Shown: positions 16,716-24,813 of the stretch, piece by piece
Layout of the letters: every line of letters starts with the position of its first letter
Numbering within the stretch: the first letter of the stretch is position 1
Assembly (NCBI RefSeq): GCF_035285525.1
Contig: NZ_JAYKGW010000182.1
Coordinates: 29,706 to 61,705, forward strand
Reading direction: 5' to 3'
Length of the DNA: 32,000 nucleotides
Origin: Okeania sp.
GTDB lineage: Bacteria; Cyanobacteriota; Cyanobacteriia; Cyanobacteriales; Microcoleaceae
Made by a program: the position numbers and the translations under genes
Notes under the pieces: model-generated
Databases searched by the model: none
What the model saw: only the letters and a program-made list of their open reading frames with translations
What the model was told of the DNA's origin: nothing

Positions 16716-18299
16716 ATGCCAAAAGTTCTTGTATCAGATTCAATCGATCAGAGTGGAATAGAAATTCTCTCCCAAGTAGCTCAGGTAGATGTCAAAACAG
16801 GTCTACCTCCAGAAGAATTAGTGAAAATCATACCAGAGTACGATGCTTTAATGATTCGCTCTGGTACTAAAGTTACCAAAGAAATAATAGAAGCTGCCGA
16901 TCGACTACAAATTATTGGTCGTGCTGGAGTAGGGGTAGATAACGTAGATATACCAGCAGCCACCCGTAAAGGTATTGTGGTAGTTAACTCTCCAGAAGGA
17001 AATACTATTGCTGCAGCAGAACACGCTCTGGCGATGATGTTATCTATGTCTCGCCATATTCCAGAAGCTAATCAGTCAGTTGTGGATGGCAAATGGGACC
17101 GCAAAAAATTTATCGGGGTAGAAGTCTACAAAAAAACTCTTGGTGTTGTTGGCTTAGGTAAAATCGGTTCCCATGTGGCTAAGGTGGCTAAAGCTATGGG
17201 TATGAAAATATTAGCTTACGATCCATTTATCTCGGCAGAAAGGGCAGAACAGTTGGGTTGTAGTTTGGTAGATATGGAATTATTAGTCAAGGAATCTGAT
17301 TATATCACTCTCCATATACCTAAAACTAAAGAAACTTATCATTCTCTGAATGCGGAAACTTTTGCTAAAATGAAGCCTACAGCTAGAATTATTAATTGTG
17401 CTAGAGGTGGAATTATTGATGAAGCTGCTTTAGCTGATGCTTTAAAAGAAGGAAAAATTGCTGGAGCTGCTTTAGATGTTTATGAAAATGAACCTCTAGA
17501 AGCTGAGTCTTCCCTCCGAGAGTTGGGACAAAAAATTGTGATGACTCCTCATTTGGGTGCTTCTACTGCTGAAGCTCAAGTTAATGTGGCAGTAGATGTG
17601 GCCGAACAGATTCGAGATGTATTATTAGGGTTGCCTGCTAGATCGGCAGTAAATATTCCTGGAATGTATCCAGATACACTGAAAAAATTGAAGCCTTATT
17701 TATCTTTAGCGGAAACTCTGGGTAATTTGGTGAGTCAGTTAGCGGGTGGACGGATTGATTCTCTGGATGTTCGTCTTCAAGGAGATTTGGCCTCTGGAGA
17801 TAGTAAACCTGTAGTAGTGGCTGCTTTGAAAGGATTACTTTCCCAAGCTTTGCGAGAGCGAGTTAATTATGTGAATGCTTCTATTGAAGCGAAGGAACGA
17901 GGTATTCGTGTTGTGGAAATTAAAGATGATTCAGTACGAGATTATACTGGTTCATTGCAGCTAGAAGCAAAGGGTTCTCTGGGAAACCATGTTGTAAGAG
18001 GTGCTTTGTTGGGAGAGGATGAGATTAGGATTACTAATATTGATGGTTTCCCGATTAATGTTCCTCCTAGTCCATATATGTTGTTGACTCTCCACCGAGA
18101 TATGCCAGGAATTATTGGTAAAATTGGTTCGCTGTTGGGCAGTTTCAATGTTAATATTGCTAGTATGCAGGTAGGTCGGAAAATTGTTCGGGGTGAAGCA
18201 GTAATGGTATTAAGTGTTGACGATCCATTACCTGAAGAAATATTAACTGAAATTGTTAAAGAACCAGGTATTAGAGATGCTTATAAAGTTGCTCTTTAG
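16716..18299 (+). CDS. serA: D-3-phosphoglycerate dehydrogenase
   Basis: 527 aa. MPKVLVSD..GRAGVGVDNVDIPAATRKGIVVVNSPEGN..VGLGKIGSHVA (NAD-binding GxGxxG)..NCARGGIIDE..TPHLGAST, plus a C-terminal ACT domain. Confidence 0.97.
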   Translation: MPKVLVSDSIDQSGIEILSQVAQVDVKTGLPPEELVKIIPEYDALMIRSGTKVTKEIIEAADRLQIIGRAGVGVDNVDIPAATRKGIVVVNSPEGNTIAAAEHALAMMLSMSRHIPEANQSVVDGKWDRKKFIGVEVYKKTLGVVGLGKIGSHVAKVAKAMGMKILAYDPFISAERAEQLGCSLVDMELLVKESDYITLHIPKTKETYHSLNAETFAKMKPTARIINCARGGIIDEAALADALKEGKIAGAALDVYENEPLEAESSLRELGQKIVMTPHLGASTAEAQVNVAVDVAEQIRDVLLGLPARSAVNIPGMYPDTLKKLKPYLSLAETLGNLVSQLAGGRIDSLDVRLQGDLASGDSKPVVVAALKGLLSQALRERVNYVNASIEAKERGIRVVEIKDDSVRDYTGSLQLEAKGSLGNHVVRGALLGEDEIRITNIDGFPINVPPSPYMLLTLHRDMPGIIGKIGSLLGSFNVNIASMQVGRKIVRGEAVMVLSVDDPLPEEILTEIVKEPGIRDAYKVAL

Positions 18300-18326
18300 G
18301 TTTTTCAGTTAAGTTTTCCCTCTTAA

Positions 18327-18762
18327 GTGAAAATGATAAGTCGCCAAGGATTAAAATCCTTGGCTGATAGCTTAAGTCATCTGAAAGATGACTAAGTTAA
18401 CTTTTTACTGATATAGCGCTTTAGGTAACAGGCAACAGGGAACAGGTATGGAGGAAGAATGAATAGCCTATAATATAAGGTTTTTAGCTATTAGATACCT
18501 CCGGCAATTTGTAAATATTAAGTGCGCACATTGCTATAACTAAAAGCTGATAGCTGAAAATGATAACTTGCCAAGGATTAAAGTTTTAGCTGATAGCTAA
18601 AGTTAACTTTGAAAATGATAACTAAAAGCTGATAGCTAAAAATGATAACTTGCCAAAGATTAAAATTTTGGCTGATAGCTAAAATCATCTGAAAGATGAC
18701 TAAGTTAACTTTGAAAATGATAACTAAAAGCTGATAACTAATAGCTTAAATAACTGATAACT
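18327..18762. repeat. Composite palindrome-rich repeat region filling the serA-prmA spacer
   Basis: Modules are reused three to four times: GAAAATGATAACT, AAAAGCTGATAGCT, the hairpin TGCCAAGGATTAAAATCCTTGGC, the hairpin AGTCATCTGAAAGATGACT and AAGTTAACTTT. Copies start near 18329, 18555, 18611 and 18711. A heptamer run AACAGG(C/G) x3 lies at 18426-18447. Confidence 0.85.
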
Positions 18763-18765
18763 GAA

Positions 18766-19659
18766 ATGACATATAACTGGTGGGAAATTAGAGTCTTATG
18801 TGACCAAAATCTGGAGGAAGTCATCTTCTGGCGTTTGGATACTTTTGGTTGCCGGGGGACTGCAAGTCAGGTTAAAGGTAATGATTGTTTGGTATTGGGT
18901 TATTTACCAGAACACCAAACTCAATTGTTGGATTTGTCAGCTCTGGCTTTAAATTTGCGTCAAGATGCTCTCTGTATGAGTTTACCTGTTCCAGTAATGG
19001 ATTGGAGTTTAATCGAAGAAGAAGATTGGGCAAGTAGTTGGAAGCAATATTGGCAACCTCAAGAAATTGGCGATCGCTTTCTAATTAATCCTGCTTGGTT
19101 AGCTTTACCAGAGAAGTCAGATAGAATAATTTTGCGTTTAGATCCAGGAGCAGCTTTTGGTACTGGTACTCATCCTACTACAGAATTATGTTTAGAGTCA
19201 TTAGAAATGCGTTTGGGTTTGGAACCTAATTCTCAAGCTACAATTGCTGATATTGGTTGTGGTAGTGGTATTTTGTCTATTGGAGCAGCATTATTAGGAG
19301 TAGGTCAAATTTATGCTGTAGATATTGATGCTTTGGCGATTAGATCGACTATTAATAATGGCAAATTAAATCAAATAGGGGGAGAAAAATTAATTGTTGA
19401 ACAAGGAGATATTGAGAATTTAATTAAAATGGTTTCTCAACCTGTAGATGGTATTGTTTGCAATATTTTGGCTGAAGTTATTATTGATATAATTCCGCGT
19501 TTTGAGGCGATCGCTAAACCGACAACTTGGGGAATTATTAGTGGAATTTTATTGGAACAAGCTAAATCAACTGCTGATACTTTAGAACAAAATGGTTGGG
19601 TTGTAGCTACTCTTTGGAAACGAGGAGAATGGTGTTGTTTTAATATTCGGCGGTCTTAA
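18766..19659 (+). CDS. prmA: Ribosomal protein L11 methyltransferase
   Basis: 297 aa. [61 protein letters not shown] are canonical PrmA blocks. Confidence 0.95.
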   Translation: MTYNWWEIRVLCDQNLEEVIFWRLDTFGCRGTASQVKGNDCLVLGYLPEHQTQLLDLSALALNLRQDALCMSLPVPVMDWSLIEEEDWASSWKQYWQPQEIGDRFLINPAWLALPEKSDRIILRLDPGAAFGTGTHPTTELCLESLEMRLGLEPNSQATIADIGCGSGILSIGAALLGVGQIYAVDIDALAIRSTINNGKLNQIGGEKLIVEQGDIENLIKMVSQPVDGIVCNILAEVIIDIIPRFEAIAKPTTWGIISGILLEQAKSTADTLEQNGWVVATLWKRGEWCCFNIRRS

Positions 19660-19892
19660 AAGAAAGAAGGAAGAAGGCAGCTATGCTGAGGGCAGAAGGA
19701 AAGAAAAGGTTAGGAGGAAGAATTTTTTTTGATCACTGATGATTAGGACATGATATACAGCGCTTTTGGTTATTATGAGGTACACCCAAGCGAGCTTTCC
19801 AGCCCGTAGTACAAACTTTATGATGAATATTTGTACCTACCTCATAACGCGCAGAATTTGCCGTAAATTCTAACTACTCCCTAGTCTCTAAT

Positions 19893-20456
19893 TTAAAGAT
19901 AAAAGTAAATATAACCACCTAAATAAAATATATTTACTAAAATTATTAATCCCTTTCCTAAAACAGAATTAATTTCGGGAAATACCCTTAAAGTTGCTAA
20001 CAAAACTAACAGAATTTCTACAAAAGCAACAATTGAACTATAATGGTTGGGATTCCAATAAGAAATAGGGCTAATAAATCTATAATTACTAAAAGGGAAA
20101 AAGTGTCGATGAGCATCATTATTATGTACTGGAAAATCTAGTAGAGAATGCCATACCAAACTAATACAAAATACTTGCATAATTTGCCAACCCAAATAGT
20201 AAGAAATTAGTAATCCAATCATAGCTAAAGGAATAGAATGAAAGGTAGCAATAACATCTTGAACTAATGGTTGATAATATGCTTCTGACCAGATTTTTGC
20301 CTTTGGTAAATGAGCAATAAATTTTGCCCAAAAGTAGAAAATAAAGATAGGAATATCCGGTAAAGTTCCACCAATTACAATAGCAAGATTAGCTTGTGGT
20401 AATTGAGGTTTAGTCAGAAGTGTTAGATTTATAATGGCATGACTTGGTGTATTCAT
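19893..20456 (-). CDS. Hypothetical integral membrane protein, possibly a membrane-bound metal-dependent hydrolase
   Basis: 187 aa with several hydrophobic segments and His-rich motifs (SHAIIN near the N-terminus, HSLLDFPVHNNDAHRHFFP). The family assignment is tentative. Confidence 0.5.
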   Translation of the reverse strand: MNTPSHAIINLTLLTKPQLPQANLAIVIGGTLPDIPIFIFYFWAKFIAHLPKAKIWSEAYYQPLVQDVIATFHSIPLAMIGLLISYYLGWQIMQVFCISLVWHSLLDFPVHNNDAHRHFFPFSNYRFISPISYWNPNHYSSIVAFVEILLVLLATLRVFPEINSVLGKGLIILVNIFYLGGYIYFYL

Positions 20457-20510
20457 TTCAGTTCTGTTATTAGTTATCAGCTTTTACAGTTCCCGAAAAA
20501 TCAGTGAACA

Positions 20511-20531
20511 GTTATCAGTTATCAGTTATCA
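20511..20531. repeat. Heptamer STRR-like array GTTATCA x3 (an additional partial copy lies at 20541-20557)
   Basis: Read directly. The reverse-complement type GATAACT x3 occurs at 25101-25121. Confidence 0.8.
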
Positions 20532-20602
20532 GCTTTTTTAGTGAACAGTTATCAGTGCCTACCGCTAAAGTATTCGGGTTTAAATAGTATAGCTAATTTT
20601 AT

Positions 20603-20719
20603 TTACAGCGGTTTTCATTTCAGTAAACCACAGTAGGGACGTTGCATAACAAAAATGCGAACGTCCCTACAAGATTTTGGTGATGATGATGTGGTTAATT
20701 CATTTGAAAAGCGCTGTAA
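20603..20719. mobile_element. MITE-like element with ~18-bp imperfect terminal inverted repeats and a central perfect hairpin
   Basis: The left end is TTACAGCGGTTTTCATTT. The right end, CATTTGAAAAGCGCTGTAA, is its imperfect reverse complement. The centre is GTAGGGACGTTGCATAAC-AAAAA-TGCGAACGTCCCTAC (20633-20670). The TACAGCGCTTTT end motif recurs at 19761-19772. Confidence 0.55.
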
Positions 20720-20753
20720 GGGATTTACGCAAACTCACTCAGAAACCCGGTTT

Positions 20754-21004
20754 CTATAACAAACCGGGTTTCTTTGCGTAAACCTTTAGATATTAACTGG
20801 AATCAGGCAAAGGTACTATATATAGAGTTAAAAAACTATTGCGTAACAGTTTTAAGCGCTATATGTAGCTTCACTACCTATAACAAACCGGGTTTCTTTG
20901 CGTAAACCTTTAGATATTAACTGGAATCAGGCAAAGGTACTATGATATAGAGTTAAAAAACTATTGCGTAACAGTTTTAAGCGCTATATGTAGTTTCACT
21001 ACCT
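20754..21004. repeat. Tandem direct repeat, 2 units of 124/125 bp (plus 3 bp of a third)
   Basis: Unit 1 (20754-20877) and unit 2 (20878-21002) differ at about three positions (ACTATATATAGAG vs ACTATGATATAGAG; GTAGCTTC vs GTAGTTTC). Each unit has an AAACCGGGTTT palindrome and a ~75-nt AGGTA...TACCT imperfect hairpin. Confidence 0.9.
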
Positions 21005-21137
21005 AATATTATGTTCGGATAATCACTGACAATAAAATCCGCAGCGACTGGAACTCCTTGAAAGGAAGCCATCTCATCGGTTTGAAATATTTCTTCCATC
21101 TATATCCTAATCATAACTATTTAACCGAACATAATAT
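21005..21137. mobile_element. 133-bp element bounded by 13/14-bp inverted repeats
   Basis: AATATTATGTTCGG (21005-21018) pairs with CCGAACATAATATC (21125-21138). The element contains the start and most of a 40-codon minus-strand ORF (MEEIFQTDEMASFQGVPVAADFIVSDYPNIIL..), which runs out through the left repeat into the adjacent tandem array. Confidence 0.45.
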
Positions 21138-21138
21138 C

Positions 21139-21227
21139 AGGACTTACGCAAAGGTACTATATGTAGAGTGAAAAAACTATTGTACAATAGTTTTAACCAC
21201 TATATCTAGTGTCTCTCCGTAAGTCCT
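21139..21227. mobile_element. 89-bp MITE-like hairpin element with AGGACTTACGCA / CGTAAGTCCT termini
   Basis: AGGACTTACGCAAAGGTACTATATGTAGAGTGAAAAAACTATTGTACAATAGTTTTAACCACTATATCTAGTGTCTCTCCGTAAGTCCT. The centre, CTATTGTACAATAG, is a perfect palindrome. The core is homologous to the units of both tandem arrays. Confidence 0.65.
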
Positions 21228-21354
21228 AATAATATAAGTCCTGAGATATTAACATAAATTCATGGTAATCTTTGAGGCTTAGTATTTCCTTGATGAATAT
21301 TTTCTTATAATTAATAGATATAGTTCATTTTAAGCAGTAAAATAAACATTGAAA

Positions 21355-22119
21355 ATGGTTTTACAAATACAACCTACTAAATCAGAACCAACCGTAACTT
21401 GGACGGCACTGCCAGAAGATTATATATTACCAGATGACCCCGTGGAAAATATTCAGCAACCACTCCTAGCAGCAGCACTAACTGAGGCTTTAACTGTGGC
21501 AAAATTGACTCAACCCCAAATGTTAATTGGTTCCAATTTTGGATTAGTAGCTACAGTCAACGACAACATAATAGTTAAAGCTCCTGATTGGTTTTATGTT
21601 CCTGAAGTGGAACCTGTGGATGAGGGAGTGATTCGTCGTAGCTACACTCCTAACTTACAAGGGAAACCTGTAGCTATAGTTATGGAGTTTCTTTCTCACA
21701 AAGAAAATGACGAACTGTCAGGATGTTCGACTCTCCCTTATGGGAAGCTTTATTTTTACGAGCAAATTCTCAAAGTACCTACTTATGTAATTTATAATCC
21801 TTATAAGCAAAGTATAGAAGTGCGTAGGTTAGAGTCGGGAAAGTATAAGTTAGAGTCACCTAATGAGAAGGAACATTTTTGGATACCAGAATTAGAGCTA
21901 TTCCTGGGAATATGGAAAGGAGAAAGACTAGGACAAAATATTAACTGGTTAAGATGGTGGGACAAGTCGGAGAATTTGTTGTTGTGGAGTGAGGAAAAAA
22001 ATAAACAGGCAGAGCAACGAGTTGAACAGGAAAAGCAACGTGCTGACCTGGAAAAGCAACGTGCTGAAAGGTTAGTTGCTAAGTTACGAGACTTGGGTAT
22101 AGACCCTGATTCATTATAA
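21355..22119 (+). CDS. Uma2-family (DUF820) putative restriction-endonuclease-like protein
   Basis: WTALPEDYILPDDPVENIQQPLLAAALTEAL and a C-terminal coiled coil EQRVEQEKQRADLEKQRAERLVAKLRDLGIDPDSL are typical of cyanobacterial Uma2 proteins. The ATG at 21355 is preferred over the TTG at 21349. Confidence 0.85.
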   Translation: MVLQIQPTKSEPTVTWTALPEDYILPDDPVENIQQPLLAAALTEALTVAKLTQPQMLIGSNFGLVATVNDNIIVKAPDWFYVPEVEPVDEGVIRRSYTPNLQGKPVAIVMEFLSHKENDELSGCSTLPYGKLYFYEQILKVPTYVIYNPYKQSIEVRRLESGKYKLESPNEKEHFWIPELELFLGIWKGERLGQNINWLRWWDKSENLLLWSEEKNKQAEQRVEQEKQRADLEKQRAERLVAKLRDLGIDPDSL

Positions 22120-22411
22120 TTAGGACTTACGCATTTAACTCTTGAAGCTGGCAAATTTTAGTTCATCAATCCAGTTTCTGCCTAGTTCACCTTAAACATT
22201 AAAATAAACATTGAAAATGGTTTTACAAAATGATTAGTCTGAAGTTCCCCTATAGAAATATATAGGAGAAATCCAATCATAAGTTAATGTAGCGATCGCC
22301 TACCAAAAAAAAGACGGTTATAGATAATTTATGTTATGTGCAACTTTTTCAAATTTATGAGATTTATTTAACTGTTTTCCTAAATCTTTCCTAAATCTAA
22401 TATTGACTAAT

Positions 22412-22669
22412 TTATGATGAGTTTCTGCTTTCCCATTCTGATAAAGCTATATCAATTAAATCATCTATAGATTTAGATTTAATAGATTTCCCTATGATTT
22501 TTTCATACATTTCTAAATATCCTTCAATTTCATAATATTTTGTTTCACCTCTATAACTATAGCGACTGGGAATTTTATATGCTAATGCTGTCTTCCAATC
22601 TTCAGTTAAAATTAAAATTTTAATGTTTTTTAGATAGTTTGATTTTCTATATGGTAAATAACAAAACAT
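22412..22669 (-). CDS. Hypothetical 85-aa ORF; probably the detached C-terminal fragment of the upstream nuclease gene
   Basis: Paralogous to 23492..23803 (YYEIEGYLEMYEKIIGKS vs YKIDEYLKMYEKLTGKT). The spacer up to 22820 still translates into related peptide with frame changes. Confidence 0.4.
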   Translation of the reverse strand: MFCYLPYRKSNYLKNIKILILTEDWKTALAYKIPSRYSYRGETKYYEIEGYLEMYEKIIGKSIKSKSIDDLIDIALSEWESRNSS

Positions 22670-22820
22670 TTGTAAACTAGAGAAACTTTTTGGAAATTGA
22701 AATGCTGCTCAAAGTTTGTGTGGTGGTTTACAAAGTTCACCGTCTTTCCTTTTTTTAAACGTAAGTAATAGTAACATTGGTGCTTTTTTCTCCAAGAGAT
22801 TTGTGAAACTTCAGAATTTT

Positions 22821-23441
22821 TTATCGTAGCTTTAAGAAAATATTTTGTGTTTCAATACTTTTATTTTCTAAGATTTTTAAAAGTGATTTAGGCGGTTCAG
22901 ATATGGTAATTAAATCTGGTTTGGGTTGATGGGCAAGAATAATTTTTTCTTGAGGATCAGGAATCTTAATTTGTGAGAATGAATTTTCTTCTGTATTCTT
23001 TAGAATAAAGTTAAGCTGGTTTTCTGATTCAAGAATTTCAAATATAAAAAATTCAAACAAGAGTTGATGATGTTTTCTATCAATAAAGTTATGTCTGTGA
23101 AAAGAAGGAGCGATCGCTATTAAATGAACTCGTTTTCGATAATCTATATCTGTAGCTAATGGTTTTTTATTTAATAAATTATCATAGTAACGAGTGAGTT
23201 GTTGAACCACATAACTATCTTCAATATTTTTCAATTCTATTATTGCTAGTTGTCTTTCTTCAGATATTGCTAAAATATCAGATTTTTCTCTATTAATAGG
23301 ATATTGGCGTTTCAGTGGATTTAATTTTAATAAAATCTGCAAATTTTCCCAAACAAAGTTTTCTAAATCTTCTTCACTTTCAAATTCCCATTTATCTTCT
23401 GTTTTTTCAGCATGATGTATAAGATGTTCCTGATTGCTCAA
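22821..23441 (-). CDS. NucS/DUF91-like PD-(D/E)xK nuclease-domain protein (possibly a truncated form)
   Basis: 206 aa. WEFESEEDLENFVWENL..SDILAISEERQLAIIELKNIEDSYVVQQLTRYY shows a D..ExK..QQLxRY arrangement like the NucS catalytic domain. Confidence 0.65.
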   Translation of the reverse strand: MSNQEHLIHHAEKTEDKWEFESEEDLENFVWENLQILLKLNPLKRQYPINREKSDILAISEERQLAIIELKNIEDSYVVQQLTRYYDNLLNKKPLATDIDYRKRVHLIAIAPSFHRHNFIDRKHHQLLFEFFIFEILESENQLNFILKNTEENSFSQIKIPDPQEKIILAHQPKPDLITISEPPKSLLKILENKSIETQNIFLKLR

Positions 23442-23491
23442 AATTTACTGTCGTTTTTGCCACTCTTATAAAGCTATATCAAAAAAGGTTT

Positions 23492-23803
23492 CTATAGAAT
23501 TATAGTAATTGTTTTTCCTGTTAATTTTTCGTACATTTTTAAATATTCATCTATTTTATATGAGCTAAGATATAAGATTAATTTTGAGTTTTTTCTATGT
23601 CTATGTAGATAAAGATCGGTTTTTCCTATTAAACAATTAAAAATTATTTGATTGCCATCATTTTTAGAAAAAGGTAGACATAAATAAAATTGTAGGTGTT
23701 CATCTAGACTCGCACAAAGTTTATTTATACTCTTACAAACAAAGTTTACCTTTCCCATTTTTTTTGCCATAGAGAATAATTGTGCTTTTACTTTCTTCTC
23801 CAA
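23492..23803 (-). CDS. Hypothetical 103-aa ORF; paralogue of 22412..22669, probably a C-terminal fragment of the decayed upstream copy
   Basis: See the paralogy above. The upstream spacer reads KVLKFRETILRFDEIIGEESKST.. in another frame. Confidence 0.4.
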   Translation of the reverse strand: MEKKVKAQLFSMAKKMGKVNFVCKSINKLCASLDEHLQFYLCLPFSKNDGNQIIFNCLIGKTDLYLHRHRKNSKLILYLSSYKIDEYLKMYEKLTGKTITIIL

Positions 23804-23861
23804 TTATTTCATCGAATCTAAGAATTGTTTCTCTAAATTTTAAGACTTTACTTTTGCGTTC

Positions 23862-24416
23862 TTAACTACAATTTTCTAAGCCACTACTTAAGTTTTTTGG
23901 AAGCTTAGGTAAAGTTGTATTAGATATTTTTTCAGGATTAATTACATATTCTTCAGAAAGAGGAATTTTTAACTTCACTAATATCTGACTATCAATATTT
24001 TTCAAATAGAAATAAACTTCATTTCCCTCTTGAACAATCTCAAATAGCCAAAACTATAAATTCAGCTTACTATATTTTAAATCAATGAAATTATGTTTGT
24101 GAAAAGAAGGAGCGATCGCTACTAACCGCACCGACTTTTGATAATCTAATTTCTCGGAAAAAGGCTTTTATATTAAGATATTTTGATAATACCGATTAAG
24201 CTGCTGAACCACATATCGGTCTTCAGTATTTTTCAACTCTAATCTTGCTAATTTCCCTACTTCCAATATTGCTAAAATATCACACCATTCCCCCATCATA
24301 ATATGCTGAGGTTTCAGAGGTTCTAAATTAAAGAGATGAGACAAATTTTCCCAGACAAAATCTTCTAAAGCTGCCTCACTTTCAAATTACCATTTGTTTT
24401 CTGTCTTTTTCAGCAT
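23862..24416 (-). pseudogene. Decayed second copy of the NucS-like nuclease domain
   Basis: My translation gives MLKKTENKW*FESEAALEDFVWENLSHLFNLEPLKPQ..CDILAILEVGKLARLELKNTEDRYVVQQLNRYYQNILI*KPFSEKLDYQKSVRLVAIAPSFHKHNFIDLKYSKLNL*FWLFEIVQEGNEVYFYLKN.. with three internal stops. One is TAA at 24387-24389 on the minus strand. Confidence 0.75.
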
Positions 24417-24599
24417 TTAACAACTATCTAAAAATTTTACTGTCTTAGTTACACTGTAGTGAAATTATAACTTGTTTCAGTTGTCACAGTAATTTACCTC
24501 AAATACTGACATTAAATTTTAATTTACTTGTTACACTTGTATCTCATACTTTATGAAATTTACAAGATATGATAGGATTTTCTTCTGAGTTATTCAGTA

Positions 24600-24813
24600 G
24601 TTAGGCAAAGGTAATATATTTAGAGTGCAAAAACTAGATCGTTATAGTTTCAAAATCTATATATATGATATTTACCTAAGTTCAGTTATTTAGCTCAGGA
24701 GTTAGGCAAAGGTAATATATTTAGAGTGCAAAAACTAGATCGTTATAGTTTCAAAATCTATATATATGATATTTATCTAAGTTCAGTTATTTAGATCGGG
24801 AGTTAGGCAAAGC
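24600..24813. repeat. Tandem direct repeat, 2 units of 101 bp plus the first 12 bp of a third
   Basis: Units at 24600-24700 and 24701-24801 differ at three positions. The unit is GTTAGGCAAAGGTAATATATTTAGAGTGCAAAAACTAGATCGTTATAGTTTCAAAATCTATATATATGATATTTACCTAAGTTCAGTTATTTAGCTCAGGA. Its core is homologous to the 124-bp units and to the 21139 MITE. Confidence 0.9.

Noticed and set aside
20754-21004. CRISPR array interpretation of the 124-bp array, and likewise of the 101-bp array (24600-24813) and the serA-prmA repeats (18327-18762)
   Set aside because: The units abut one another with no unique spacers. The periods are far from the 60-75 bp repeat-plus-spacer size. No cas genes are present.
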